Shown here piece by piece: positions 19,199 through 29,778 of a stretch of 61,117 nucleotides of DNA. A program made the translations under genes and the position numbers. How positions within the stretch are numbered: position 1 is the stretch's first letter; every line of letters starts with the position of its first letter. Under the pieces are notes generated by a model. That model was not told the origin of the DNA, searched no databases, and saw only the letters and a list, made by a program, of their open reading frames with translations. Origin of the DNA: a virus. Taxonomy: Duplodnaviria; Caudoviricetes. Where the stretch lies: positions 1 through 61,117 of IMG/VR virus record IMGVR_UViG_3300042465_003982; one strand, written 5' to 3'.

Positions 19199-19792
19199 AT
19201 GGCTGAAAACAAGCCTTGCAACTGCGGAAAAAATTCAAGCGGAAAATTACTATTTAATAGAAAACCAGTAGAAAAGATAGAGCTTCCCACAAGGGAAGAA
19301 CCTATGACTATACCAAACCCATTTAATATGATTCAAAGTTATGCTATGTCTCTTATTTCAAAGGGATTTACTAATAAAAAAGTAGAAAAAGAAACAAAAC
19401 AATTACGAGTTTTGAGCTGCTTCGGTAATGGAGGCTCAATTCCTCCATGTGAGCATTTGAGCAAATCTACTACAGAAGGAAAATTTTTTTGCGGTGGTTG
19501 TGGTTGCGGAGATAGAAAACAAACATGGCTCAATGGTTCTGATGATGAATATAGTAAATTAGATTTTCCAAAATTAAATTGCCCTCTTAAAATGCCAGGG
19601 TTTACTAATTATATTCCATGTACTATATCTGAAACAAATAATCCAGATAATAGAAAAAATAAAATAGAAAAATTAAGTATTGAAGATGTTGAAAATGTTG
19701 TTATAACTACTCCAGATGCTCCAGAAGAATTACAAAAAATTTTTGATAAAATAATTGAAGCTGAAGAAAAAAGAAAAATAGAGAAGGAATAA
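19199..19792 (+). CDS. Cys-rich hypothetical protein, putative metal-binding
   Basis: CNCG, SCFG..PPCEH, FCGGCGCGD, LNCP; GAGG RBS. Confidence 0.6.
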   Translation: MAENKPCNCGKNSSGKLLFNRKPVEKIELPTREEPMTIPNPFNMIQSYAMSLISKGFTNKKVEKETKQLRVLSCFGNGGSIPPCEHLSKSTTEGKFFCGGCGCGDRKQTWLNGSDDEYSKLDFPKLNCPLKMPGFTNYIPCTISETNNPDNRKNKIEKLSIEDVENVVITTPDAPEELQKIFDKIIEAEEKRKIEKE

Positions 19793-19811
19793 ATGTGCAT
19801 AAATAAATGTA

Positions 19812-20615
19812 ATGGCACAACCAAATTCCAAACAAACTCTAATTGATTACGCATTTAGAACTCTGGGAGCACCAGTAGTAGAAATAAATGTAGATCATCA
19901 GCAGGCATTAGATAGATTAGACGACGCTCTTCAATTTTTTTCAGAAAGACACTATGATGGTGTAGAGAGAGCATATTTTTCTTATAATCTTACAGAAGAA
20001 GATATAGCAAATAAGTATCTTAATACAAATAATTTGGGTCCTATCGTAGGATCATCTGCCGGATCTCCTACTGGATATGATATTCTTTCCGTATTGAGAA
20101 TATTTCCATTTGGCTCTCTTAATGCTAATGAATTGTTTGATATTAGATATCAATTAGCACTAAACGATGTTTATGGGATTAATACTAATTTAGGATTCAT
20201 AAATTCTACTCCAATAGCAAATTTTGATTTAACTAAAAGATATATTAGACTTATTGAAATGATGTTCGATCCAGAAAGAACAATAAGATTCAATAAAGTA
20301 ACAAATAAAATATACATCGAAACTGACTGGACTGTTTTAAAGGCAGGAACTTATTTAGCTATAGAGGCATATGTAAATTTAGATCCAGATAAGTATCCAG
20401 AAATTTACAATGACAGAATGTTAAAAAAATATTTTACTGCTCTTATTAAAAGACAATGGGGAGCAAATTTGTCCAAATTTGATGGTGTTGCCCTTCCAGG
20501 TGGAGTACAGCTTCGTGGAGGAACAATATTTGGAGAAGCTGAAAGAGAAATAGCTATTTTAGAAGAACAAATTATTTCTTCTTACGAACTTCCTCCTGAT
20601 ATGATGACAGGATAA
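19812..20615 (+). CDS. 13: neck protein gp13
   Basis: LIDY..R.LGAPVVEINV...Q..DRLDDALQFF.ERHYDG, QWGANL.KF.GV.LPGG. Confidence 0.95.
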   Translation: MAQPNSKQTLIDYAFRTLGAPVVEINVDHQQALDRLDDALQFFSERHYDGVERAYFSYNLTEEDIANKYLNTNNLGPIVGSSAGSPTGYDILSVLRIFPFGSLNANELFDIRYQLALNDVYGINTNLGFINSTPIANFDLTKRYIRLIEMMFDPERTIRFNKVTNKIYIETDWTVLKAGTYLAIEAYVNLDPDKYPEIYNDRMLKKYFTALIKRQWGANLSKFDGVALPGGVQLRGGTIFGEAEREIAILEEQIISSYELPPDMMTG

Positions 20616-20617
20616 AT

Positions 20618-21556
20618 ATGGCCCTTAATCCCTATTTTAGATTTCAAGGAACAGAGCAAAATGTTGTCGAAGACAACATCATAGAAATTATTCGAATGAT
20701 GGGTAAAAATCTATGGTATATTCCTAGAGAAAATGTAAATCTAGATAGACTTTTTGGGGAAGATCCATTAAATAAATTTACTAAAACTTATCAAATTGAA
20801 ATGTATGTTGCTTCAACATCTGGATTTGGTGGTGGAGATACTATAGGAAAATTTGGCCTTGAAGTAAAAGATACTTTAAATTTAATTGTTAGTAAAAAAA
20901 GATTTATAAAAGAAATTACAGAAAAATCTTCTAATATAATAAGACCAAGAGAAGGTGATATTTTATATTTTCCGTTGTCAAAAACGATGTTTGAGATTAC
21001 TTTTGTCGAACACGAACTTCCTTTTTATCAATTAGATAAAAATTATGTGTTTACTTTAACATGTGAAACCTTTGCATATTCTATGGAAAATTTCAATACA
21101 GGTACAGAAGCTGTGGATGCTATTAACGACTTCAAGCAAAAAATTTATATATTTAAAACCACAACATCAGATTCTGGTCTTACTGCTTCTTATAATAAGA
21201 TAATTCGTGGAGATAAATTTGAATTGCCGGGTGTTATATCGGGTTCAGCTGCATATTTTAGAATCTTAGATTTTGATATTTCTGGTTCTACGATGACATC
21301 TGAAATGCAATCTTTGGATGGAACTACATTCTCGCTTCCAACAACAGTAACAAGTACAACAAGTGGAATAACATTTAGAATACATGCTTTAGATACTTCA
21401 AATAGTTATGGTCCAGTAAATATAGTTCTTGACGATATTGAAGGGGAAACACCACCTCTAGATTATCAAAGAGGATTTACTGGTTCTGGTAGTAAATATA
21501 CTGAACCTATAATTAATTTTAGCGAAAAAGACCCATTCTCAGAAGGTAACTACTAA
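20618..21556 (+). CDS. 14: neck protein gp14 with G-x-T-rich insertion
   Basis: MALNPYF, YIPRE, RPREGD.LYFP, FEI.FVEHE.PFYQL, FSE.DPF. Confidence 0.93.
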   Translation: MALNPYFRFQGTEQNVVEDNIIEIIRMMGKNLWYIPRENVNLDRLFGEDPLNKFTKTYQIEMYVASTSGFGGGDTIGKFGLEVKDTLNLIVSKKRFIKEITEKSSNIIRPREGDILYFPLSKTMFEITFVEHELPFYQLDKNYVFTLTCETFAYSMENFNTGTEAVDAINDFKQKIYIFKTTTSDSGLTASYNKIIRGDKFELPGVISGSAAYFRILDFDISGSTMTSEMQSLDGTTFSLPTTVTSTTSGITFRIHALDTSNSYGPVNIVLDDIEGETPPLDYQRGFTGSGSKYTEPIINFSEKDPFSEGNY

Positions 21557-22641
21557 TGTTTAGTACATTTAATAACCAATCAATTAGAAAATTAGTTGTT
21601 GCTTTTGGTTCATTATTTGATGAAATTTATATTATAAGAAAAAATGAAACAACAGATGTAGAGGAAAAAATAAAAGTGCCTATTACTTTTTCCTCAAAAG
21701 AAAAATTTTTACGAAGATTAGAACAAAATTCGTCTATTAGTGATAATATCAAAACTCAAATAAATCTTCCTTATATGAGTTTTGATATTTCTGCTATGGA
21801 ATATGATAATTCTAGAAAAAGAAATAAACTTAGAGTTTCAAGCACTGTGGTTGAAGGAGAGAGTTTAGATGATTCTATAACATATAAAACTTTTTCTGAA
21901 ACCCCAATTGTATTAAATATGAATTTATATTTTTATGTTAGAAATCTGGATGAAGGTTATCAAATAATTGAACAAATAGTTTCATATTTTAATCCAGAAT
22001 TTAACATGAGGTTAAATTTTAATGAAATCTTTAAAAATATTAATGTTTCTGTTTCTTTAAAAGAAATAAGATTAAGTGATGATCACGAAGGAGCATTTAA
22101 TTCTAAAAGAACAATAGTAGGATCTATATCATTCATAGTTTTTAGTTATCTTTTTGGAGAAATAAAATCTGGTTCTTCTTCACAATCATTTGTTTTTACA
22201 GAAGATTCAAATCCAGATCCTGTTGAGTATGCAGCACTGTTAAATGCACAATCAACAAATATTATTATGAATCCCAATTATTTGAATCAAACTTATTATC
22301 TCTCCGATAATGCTACAAATTTTATTTCTAATTTTACTTGGACAGAAAATAATGTCACTGATTCTAGAACAACAATACAATTATTTGATTCGATAAATAA
22401 TAGTATTGTTTCTCAAATTAGAAAAAATGCAAATAGTTTATCTTTATCTCAAAGTGATGTAAATGTAATACTAAGAGAACTAACTTATTATATTGGAGCA
22501 AATCCTTTAGATACAATTCCATGTATTGATGAATTTTTACTTATAGATTATCAAAAACCAAAATATTATTTTAAAATTATTAATGGCGAAGTAAGTACAA
22601 CATTTAAAGCAAATATATCCACAATAAAAGTGTGCCAATAA
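21556..22641 (+). CDS. 15: tail sheath stabiliser/completion protein gp15 with C-terminal extension
   Basis: IRKLVVAFGSLF, KVPI...KEKF, LPYMSF, QIIEQI..YF.P. Confidence 0.92.
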   Translation: MFSTFNNQSIRKLVVAFGSLFDEIYIIRKNETTDVEEKIKVPITFSSKEKFLRRLEQNSSISDNIKTQINLPYMSFDISAMEYDNSRKRNKLRVSSTVVEGESLDDSITYKTFSETPIVLNMNLYFYVRNLDEGYQIIEQIVSYFNPEFNMRLNFNEIFKNINVSVSLKEIRLSDDHEGAFNSKRTIVGSISFIVFSYLFGEIKSGSSSQSFVFTEDSNPDPVEYAALLNAQSTNIIMNPNYLNQTYYLSDNATNFISNFTWTENNVTDSRTTIQLFDSINNSIVSQIRKNANSLSLSQSDVNVILRELTYYIGANPLDTIPCIDEFLLIDYQKPKYYFKIINGEVSTTFKANISTIKVCQ

Positions 22642-22643
22642 TT

Positions 22644-23060
22644 ATGAATTATTTGAACGATTTTTTTAATATAGAACCGACAGAAAACGCTAATAAAGAA
22701 ATACAACAATCTCCAGAAAAGGATTTTGAATATGCCAAGCGTAATATGTACGATATCATTGAGAAGTCAAAACTTGCTCTTGAAGGTATAATGAAAGTTG
22801 CGACTGAAGGTGATTCTCCAAGAGCATATGAAGTGGTAACTCAAATGCTGAAGACTATGTCTGAGATTAACAAAGATCTAATAGATCTTGAAAAGATCAA
22901 AAACGAAACAAATAAGACTACTATTAAAACAACAAATAATAATTCATTCTTCATAGGTTCCACTAGTGATCTACAGGACTTAATCAATCCTGAAAGAAGT
23001 AAGAATAAAGCTATAGAAATGATTGATGCGAAGGTGGTAGAGGATGTCAAGGAAATTTAA
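22644..23060 (+). CDS. 16: terminase small subunit gp16
   Basis: DFEYA..N.Y, SPRAYEV, NNSFFIGST.DLQ. Confidence 0.9.
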   Translation: MNYLNDFFNIEPTENANKEIQQSPEKDFEYAKRNMYDIIEKSKLALEGIMKVATEGDSPRAYEVVTQMLKTMSEINKDLIDLEKIKNETNKTTIKTTNNNSFFIGSTSDLQDLINPERSKNKAIEMIDAKVVEDVKEI

Positions 23061-24687
23061 GGGTTACTTAGGTAATCCAAATTTAAAAGAAGCTGGAGTA
23101 AAGATTGACTTCACCGAAGAACAGATTCGGGAATATGTTCGTTGCTCCCAAGATCCAATTTACTTTATTAAGAAATATGTCAAGGTAGTATCTCTTGATA
23201 AAGGTCTTGTTCCTTTTGATTTGTATGATTACCAAGAGGACATGATCAATAAAATGCACAATAACCGTTATCTTATTGCTAAACTGCCGCGTCAGTCTGG
23301 TAAGAGCACAACGATTGTTGCATTCATTCTTCACTATATTCTTTTCAATCAGAGCATGAGCGTTGGTATTCTAGCCAACAAGATGAATACGGCTAGAGAA
23401 ATTCTTGGCCGTCTTCGTCTGGCCTATGAGTATCTTCCCAAGTGGCTCCAGCAAGGTATCATCGAATGGAATAAAACATCCATTCAGCTTGAGAATGGCT
23501 CAAAAGTCATGGCATCCGCCACATCCTCATCGGCAGTTCGTGGTGGATCATTCAACCTCATCTTCTTGGACGAATTTGCCCATGTCTCTCAAAACATAGC
23601 AGAAGAGTTCTTCAGTTCAGTTTACCCTACAATTACCTCCGGTCAAACCACGAAGGTATTCATGGTATCAACCCCAAACGGACTGAATATGTTCTATTCC
23701 TTCTGGAAGGGGGCTACAAGGAAGCAGGGAGAGGAGGGCAAGAACGAGTACATACCCATAGAGGTGTCTTGGAGACAGGTTCCTAAGTACGCTGGTGGGC
23801 CTCTGCGCGACGAGCAATGGAAGCAGCAGATGATTGCCCAGACCAGCGAACAGCAGTTTGAGCAGGAGTTCGAATGTTCGTTCCTTGGTTCGTCAAATAC
23901 TTTAATCAGTGCCAGCAAGCTAAATTTGCTTCAGTTTGATAAACCACTAGCAAAGGAGCCAGGGGGCCTTTATATCTACGACGAGCCAGTTGAAGGCAAT
24001 GCCTACTTCATCATGGTCGATGTCGCCAGAGGCCAGGGAAGAGACTATACGGCTATGGTGGTGGTCGATTCTACCGAAAAGCCCCATAAGGTCGTGGCAA
24101 GGTATAGAAATAATCTTATATCTCCCTTTGATGTTCCGCCGGAACTCTACAATTTGGCAATAAAATATAATAATGCACACTTACTGATTGAAGTCAACGA
24201 CATTGGCGGTCAGATTGCCGATGCCATGCACGAAGATTACGAGTATGAAAATATCATTCAGACTCAGATGATGGGTCGTGCAGGACAAAAAGTAACCTTG
24301 GGATTCGGTCGCGGAACAAAACAAAGAGGCGTAAGGACCAGCTCTGCGGTCAAAAAACTGGGTTGTGCAGTTTTAAAAAATTTAATTGAGCAAGACAGGC
24401 TCTTGGTCAGAGATTTTGATATTATTCAAGAATTGATGACTTTTGTTTCAAAACATCAGACACATTGTGCAGATGATGGATATACAGACGATTTGGTTAT
24501 GTGCTTGGTTCTTTTCGGATGGCTGACCCGTCAAGGCTATTTTGAAGAGATTATAGAGATACAAAAGAAAAAAATAATAAATACCACAGAGAAAGAAGAG
24601 GAAGAAAATACTACTTTTTTTGTTGGACCGGACAAATTTGATAATATTTTCAAAGCGGGTAAAGACATTTGGTTTACACAGGAATAA
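23044..24687 (+). CDS. 17: terminase large subunit gp17
   Basis: YLGNPNLK, PRQSGKST, LDEFA, STPNG.N.FY, DVARG, DDLVM. Confidence 0.98.
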   Translation: MSRKFKGYLGNPNLKEAGVKIDFTEEQIREYVRCSQDPIYFIKKYVKVVSLDKGLVPFDLYDYQEDMINKMHNNRYLIAKLPRQSGKSTTIVAFILHYILFNQSMSVGILANKMNTAREILGRLRLAYEYLPKWLQQGIIEWNKTSIQLENGSKVMASATSSSAVRGGSFNLIFLDEFAHVSQNIAEEFFSSVYPTITSGQTTKVFMVSTPNGLNMFYSFWKGATRKQGEEGKNEYIPIEVSWRQVPKYAGGPLRDEQWKQQMIAQTSEQQFEQEFECSFLGSSNTLISASKLNLLQFDKPLAKEPGGLYIYDEPVEGNAYFIMVDVARGQGRDYTAMVVVDSTEKPHKVVARYRNNLISPFDVPPELYNLAIKYNNAHLLIEVNDIGGQIADAMHEDYEYENIIQTQMMGRAGQKVTLGFGRGTKQRGVRTSSAVKKLGCAVLKNLIEQDRLLVRDFDIIQELMTFVSKHQTHCADDGYTDDLVMCLVLFGWLTRQGYFEEIIEIQKKKIINTTEKEEEENTTFFVGPDKFDNIFKAGKDIWFTQE

Positions 24688-24690
24688 TAT

Positions 24691-25869
24691 ATGCCACAAA
24701 TTAATATAACAGAAAATTCAGCAAATTTAATTAATACAATAGCATCTCAAGCATCTTCGCATATTTCTGTATTTTTTTGTGGAGAAACATTTTATAATAA
24801 ACTAGTACAAAATGAAAACCCAGTACCAGTTTTTAAACAATATAATACTCCACAAGAATTAATATCAGAATTTGATATTTCCGTTCTTGCTGGAACTTCT
24901 AGCGGACTTGCTAATTCAACATTAGAAAAGGGATTTAGTGGTGGTACTACTCTAGACAGAGAATTACATTCAGCTTTAAATTATCTTGAATATGGAGGAA
25001 TTTTAATTGCTGCAACTGGAGCAACACAACTCGGATCTGTAAATATACAATTTGACTCTGCTTTTTATGAAAGAAGAGAAAAATTTCTTGATGTTATAGC
25101 CTTTGTTAATATTTTTGAAGATGTTATTGGTATTGTAGGCTCTTCTTTTGAATATAGAAATGGTAGTGATGGTGATTATCCAACTACTTATTCTGGTGGT
25201 GGATTTGGTATTTTACAGCTTACTGGTATTGCTGGAAGTACTTTTGACAATCAGATATTTTCTGTTCTAGGAAGAAAAGAAAGAAATAGATTGTACGGTG
25301 GAGAAACAGCTAATATTAGAATACTAATGACATCAGATGCTGCCGGATGCATTGCTAGAACAGATTCAGAATATTATCCGTGGTATGCTCCAGCTGGAAC
25401 AGTTCGTGGTCAAATTAATAGTTTTACTAAATTAATTCCAGCACTCGATGATAATGATATAACCACTCTACAAACCCAATCAGTCAATGCTTTTAACAAT
25501 ATTGTTGGTTTAGATGGTGCTTATCTTTTAGGTGATAAAACATGCGAAACTACATCTTCATCAAATAAAACTCAACTTGGAATTACAAGATTAGTAAATT
25601 ATATTGGTAGGGCATTTAAACCTATAATTTCTAATGCTCTATTTGAGCTTAATGATGCGGAAACAAGATCTAAAATAGTAACATCTTCTACAGCAGTCAT
25701 GGAATTTATTAAATCTGGAAGAGGAGTTTCTTCATATTCAATAATATGTGATGAAACAAATAATACATTAGTAGTACAAGAAGCAAGACAAATAGTGGTG
25801 GATTTATCGTTTAAACCAGTATTCTCTGTAAATGAAGTTTCGTTTAGATTTGTTATTAATCAATCTTAA
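24691..25869 (+). CDS. 18: tail sheath protein gp18, paralog A
   Basis: AGCIARTD...PWYAPAG..RG, LGDKT, LFELND..TR, CDETNN. Confidence 0.85.
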   Translation: MPQINITENSANLINTIASQASSHISVFFCGETFYNKLVQNENPVPVFKQYNTPQELISEFDISVLAGTSSGLANSTLEKGFSGGTTLDRELHSALNYLEYGGILIAATGATQLGSVNIQFDSAFYERREKFLDVIAFVNIFEDVIGIVGSSFEYRNGSDGDYPTTYSGGGFGILQLTGIAGSTFDNQIFSVLGRKERNRLYGGETANIRILMTSDAAGCIARTDSEYYPWYAPAGTVRGQINSFTKLIPALDDNDITTLQTQSVNAFNNIVGLDGAYLLGDKTCETTSSSNKTQLGITRLVNYIGRAFKPIISNALFELNDAETRSKIVTSSTAVMEFIKSGRGVSSYSIICDETNNTLVVQEARQIVVDLSFKPVFSVNEVSFRFVINQS

Positions 25870-27143
25870 TGGATGATATTTCATTTCAATTTAATACAAT
25901 AGAGTCAAAAAAGAATGTAGATGTTGCTCTTTTAATCTACGATTCTGATTATTTTACATTTTTAAAATTAACATCTGAAAAGTATTTTGTTATAGACTCT
26001 TTTGATAAAATTACATCTTTAATAAAAGATGCAAATTATACATTTTTAGATTCTTCTATATCTAAATTTGAAGATTTTTTAAATTTTATGAAAATACCTG
26101 ATAGAGGGGATATTTCTAGAAAAATTGATTTATATAATCATTTAATATTAGATCAATTACATTATGGCCATAATGTCATATTGGTTAATTGTTCATCCCC
26201 TACATCAGAATCTAATATACAATACGCTTTAAACGAAAGAAATATCAAATTATTAGCATATGATCCTTTAAAGCTTACAATAAGTAATTATTTAAAAACT
26301 TTAATAGAAAATAATAAAATACCATTAATTCTTAACTGTACTAGATTAAATAATACAGTATACGAAACCAGTTATACAGAATATAATAGAATACCTATTA
26401 TTAATATTTCAGATTTATATTTAAGAAATTTTATTACTAATAATTTTTCCTATTTAACATATAGCTGTGCAGGAATTAAAAAAATATTAAGATACTATTC
26501 TTCAAGAAATATAGGAACAGACGAACAAGATCAAATAGATACAAAAAATTATACTTGTGTTCCTTTGATGAGCGATGCCATCGGTGTATTTTCTAGATGT
26601 TTAATCACATCTCCTTGGTCGCCTCCTGCTGGTTTTTCAAGAGGAAAAATTTTAAATCAAAATTTTATTTCTTCAAATAATGTAGAGGTAGAACAAATAA
26701 TACCTAATACACCATCAAACTTAAATAATTTAAGTGTTATCTATGATCGTGGAATTAATTTACCTATAAAAATTTCAGGTGATGGTGGAATTATAGCATA
26801 TTATTTTAACAGTGATTTTTCTGGTGCTATAAACGACCCAAATCCATTAAAACAAAGTATTACATATGCAAATTTAATATTTAATATCGTAACTAATATT
26901 AAATCGATATTGGCATCTGCATTATTTGAGCAAAACGATGAACAATTGCGAAATATTATAAAAAGTAAAATACAACAATATCTGGTTTCTATTAAATTAA
27001 ACGAAGGTATTGAGGAATTTTCTGTCGTTTGTGATGCATCAAATAATAATATCGTTGATATAACAAACAGAAAATTTACTGTTGATATTTTTATTAAACC
27101 ATCACAAAGTATAAATTTTGTAGAATTGAGCTTTACTACATAA
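25869..27143 (+). CDS. 18: tail sheath protein gp18, paralog B (divergent)
   Basis: PWSPPAGFSRG, LFEQND..LR, VVCDASNN..DI....F.VDIFIKP.QSINF. Confidence 0.8.
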   Translation: MDDISFQFNTIESKKNVDVALLIYDSDYFTFLKLTSEKYFVIDSFDKITSLIKDANYTFLDSSISKFEDFLNFMKIPDRGDISRKIDLYNHLILDQLHYGHNVILVNCSSPTSESNIQYALNERNIKLLAYDPLKLTISNYLKTLIENNKIPLILNCTRLNNTVYETSYTEYNRIPIINISDLYLRNFITNNFSYLTYSCAGIKKILRYYSSRNIGTDEQDQIDTKNYTCVPLMSDAIGVFSRCLITSPWSPPAGFSRGKILNQNFISSNNVEVEQIIPNTPSNLNNLSVIYDRGINLPIKISGDGGIIAYYFNSDFSGAINDPNPLKQSITYANLIFNIVTNIKSILASALFEQNDEQLRNIIKSKIQQYLVSIKLNEGIEEFSVVCDASNNNIVDITNRKFTVDIFIKPSQSINFVELSFTT

Positions 27144-27146
27144 GAT

Positions 27147-27662
27147 ATGCCATCAATTACTAATTTTACATCAAATTTTAAAGGTGGTACTAGAAAAAAT
27201 AGATTTCTAGTAGAAGCAGTATGGCCTTCTGGAGTAGGAAATCCAGTTGCCACATATCATGTATTAGCTACAACTTTGCCCTCTTCTACACTAGGAAAAG
27301 TAACTTTTCCTTATAGGGGGAGACAAATTCATTTTGCTGGTGATAGAGAATACGAAGATTGGGAAGTTTCTATTTTAGATGACTCTCCGGTTTCAGGGAC
27401 TTTGTGGCGTTCTTTTCAAGAATGGCATAAAAAAATAAATGGCCATGCTTCAAATACTCATTCTGCGGTCAACGAATCATTTAGTAATTTAAAGCAAAAT
27501 TGGGTGGTAAGACAAACTGATTTAAATGGAAATACAATTAAAAATGTTAGATTAATTGGTTGCTATCCATCTATAGTAGGTCCTATTGATTTTGATATGG
27601 GTTCACAAGTTTATAATACATTTGTAGTAAAAATAGCTTACGATTATTTTCAAATCTTCTAA
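27147..27662 (+). CDS. 19: tail tube protein gp19, paralog A
   Basis: GG.R.NRF.V, TTLPSS.LG...PYRGR....AGDR.Y..W, YDYF. Confidence 0.9.
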   Translation: MPSITNFTSNFKGGTRKNRFLVEAVWPSGVGNPVATYHVLATTLPSSTLGKVTFPYRGRQIHFAGDREYEDWEVSILDDSPVSGTLWRSFQEWHKKINGHASNTHSAVNESFSNLKQNWVVRQTDLNGNTIKNVRLIGCYPSIVGPIDFDMGSQVYNTFVVKIAYDYFQIF

Positions 27663-27671
27663 AGGAATATA

Positions 27672-28202
27672 ATGGCGCAATCAATAGAAAATTTTAAATC
27701 AAATTTTTTTGGTGGTACACGAAAAAATAGGTTTGAAGTTCAAGGATCTTTTCCGTATGGAGGAGCTTGGAATAAATTTCAAGTATATGGAACTCAATTA
27801 CCACAAAATAATTTATTAACATTAGAATTTGATCATCGTGGTAGAAAATTAAAATTACCTGGAGATAGAGTTTATGGTGTTGGTGGAAATTCTCTATGGA
27901 CAGTTCTAGTATTAGATGATAATAACCAAAATCCATCTAGATTATGGAATGCAATACATGGTTGGAGTAACACCATAAATAATCATACAGCAAATACTGG
28001 TAGTCAAAGCAATGCAAGTGATTATAAAGCTTCTGTATGGACAGTAAATCAATTAAATTTAAATTGTAATGCGGCGATAAAAACAATAAAACTTTACGGC
28101 TGTTGGCCTGTCCAAGTAGGAGAAATAGAATTAGATGAAAGATTACCAAACGAATTTGCTACATTTCAAGTTGCATTTTCTTTTGATTATGCAGAATTTT
28201 AA
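27672..28202 (+). CDS. 19: tail tube protein gp19, paralog B
   Basis: GGTRKNRF, RGRKLKLPGDR, GCWP..VGEI.L. Confidence 0.88.
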   Translation: MAQSIENFKSNFFGGTRKNRFEVQGSFPYGGAWNKFQVYGTQLPQNNLLTLEFDHRGRKLKLPGDRVYGVGGNSLWTVLVLDDNNQNPSRLWNAIHGWSNTINNHTANTGSQSNASDYKASVWTVNQLNLNCNAAIKTIKLYGCWPVQVGEIELDERLPNEFATFQVAFSFDYAEF

Positions 28203-28215
28203 TTATGGAGTATAA

Positions 28216-29751
28216 ATGGCTATAAATTTATTTGGATTTAAATTTGGTAAAGATGAAAAAGCAGATAAACAAAATTTGCAAAATTTCACGCCCCCAGAGG
28301 AGTTTGATGGGGCGTATACCCTTGAAGGTTCTGGCGTTTATGGAACATTCATTGATTTCATGGGATCTGCTAAAGATGAACATGCTACAATTGCTCAATA
28401 TAGAGCAATGGCGTTATATCCAGAAGTAGATACAGCTATTGATGAGATTACAAATGAATCTATTGTTAATGGAAATGATAGAAAACCTGTAAAGTTAGAT
28501 TTAGCAAAAATAAATTTTTCTGAAAATGTTAAAAGCAGAATTTATTATGAATTTGATAATATTTTAAATTTATTAGATTTTCATGATAAATCGTATGAAA
28601 TTTTTAGAAGATGGTACATTGATTCAAAATTATATTTTTATATTTCAATTGATATGGATAATCCGTCTGATGGTATTAAGCAATTAGTCCCATTAGATTC
28701 CACAAAAATTAAAAAAGTTCGTAAAGTAAAATCTACTAATGCAAAAAGCGGAAGTGATACTTTATCAATTATAAAAGATGTTGAAGAATTTTATCTATAT
28801 TCAAATAATGATAAAAATTCTATAATAGGTACTAGTTCTGGAGGTGTTAAAATTTCTCCAGATTCTATTTGTTATGTACATTCTGGAATGGTTGATATGA
28901 ATTCTAAGAGAGTCTTAGGATTCCTCCACAAGGCAATTAGACCTCTAAACATGCTTAGACAGGTCGAAGATGCAATAGTCGTATATCGCATCTCCCGCGC
29001 TCCAGAAAGAAGAATATTCTATGTGGATGTTGGTAATCTGCCAAAACAAAAAGCAGAACAATATGTTCGTGAATTAATGAACAAATATAGAAATCGTATG
29101 ATTTATAACCAGACAACTGGTGAAATCAAAGACGATAGAAATCAAATGGCAATGCTTGAGGATTTCTGGCTACCCAGAAGAGAAGGTGGTAGAGGAACTG
29201 AAATTACCACCTTGGACGGGGGACAAAATCTAGGCGAATTGACCGATGTTGAATATTTTAAGAAAAAGCTATATTTTGCCTTAAATATTCCTCCATCAAG
29301 ATTAGTAGGAGAAAATGGTTTTAATCTTGGAAGATCTGCTGATATAACCAGAGATGAAGTAAAATTTTATAAATTTATAGAAAGATTACGATATAAATTT
29401 TCTGGAGTATTTTCTCAATTATTAAGAGTTCAATTAATTTTAAAGGGAATAATAACAGAAGAAGATTGGAATCTTATTTATCCTAACATCAATTTTGTAT
29501 TTAATAGAGATTCTTATTTCAATGATCTAAAAGACGCTGAAATACTTTCGGCAAGAATGGATCTAGCTGCGTCAATGGAGCCTATGATTGGCAAATATTA
29601 TTCCACAAATTATATTAGAAAAAATATACTAAAACAATCCGAAGAGGAAATTGAAGAATTAAATAAAGAAATGGCGATTGATCTAGCAAAAATGGAAGAA
29701 GATCAAATGAAACAGTTGCAGATGCAACAACTAGTTCAGGGCCAAGAATAA
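28216..29751 (+). CDS. 20: portal protein gp20
   Basis: LHKAI.PLN.LR..EDA.V.YR.SRAPERRIFYVDVGNLP, EDFWLPRREGGRGTEI. Confidence 0.98.
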   Translation: MAINLFGFKFGKDEKADKQNLQNFTPPEEFDGAYTLEGSGVYGTFIDFMGSAKDEHATIAQYRAMALYPEVDTAIDEITNESIVNGNDRKPVKLDLAKINFSENVKSRIYYEFDNILNLLDFHDKSYEIFRRWYIDSKLYFYISIDMDNPSDGIKQLVPLDSTKIKKVRKVKSTNAKSGSDTLSIIKDVEEFYLYSNNDKNSIIGTSSGGVKISPDSICYVHSGMVDMNSKRVLGFLHKAIRPLNMLRQVEDAIVVYRISRAPERRIFYVDVGNLPKQKAEQYVRELMNKYRNRMIYNQTTGEIKDDRNQMAMLEDFWLPRREGGRGTEITTLDGGQNLGELTDVEYFKKKLYFALNIPPSRLVGENGFNLGRSADITRDEVKFYKFIERLRYKFSGVFSQLLRVQLILKGIITEEDWNLIYPNINFVFNRDSYFNDLKDAEILSARMDLAASMEPMIGKYYSTNYIRKNILKQSEEEIEELNKEMAIDLAKMEEDQMKQLQMQQLVQGQE

Positions 29752-29778
29752 AAAATTCTAAATATAAAGGAAAAAAAT

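Noticed and set aside
24691-27143. Single sheath gene broken by frameshift or stop-codon recoding
   Set aside because: Both ORFs independently contain the same C-terminal sheath motifs
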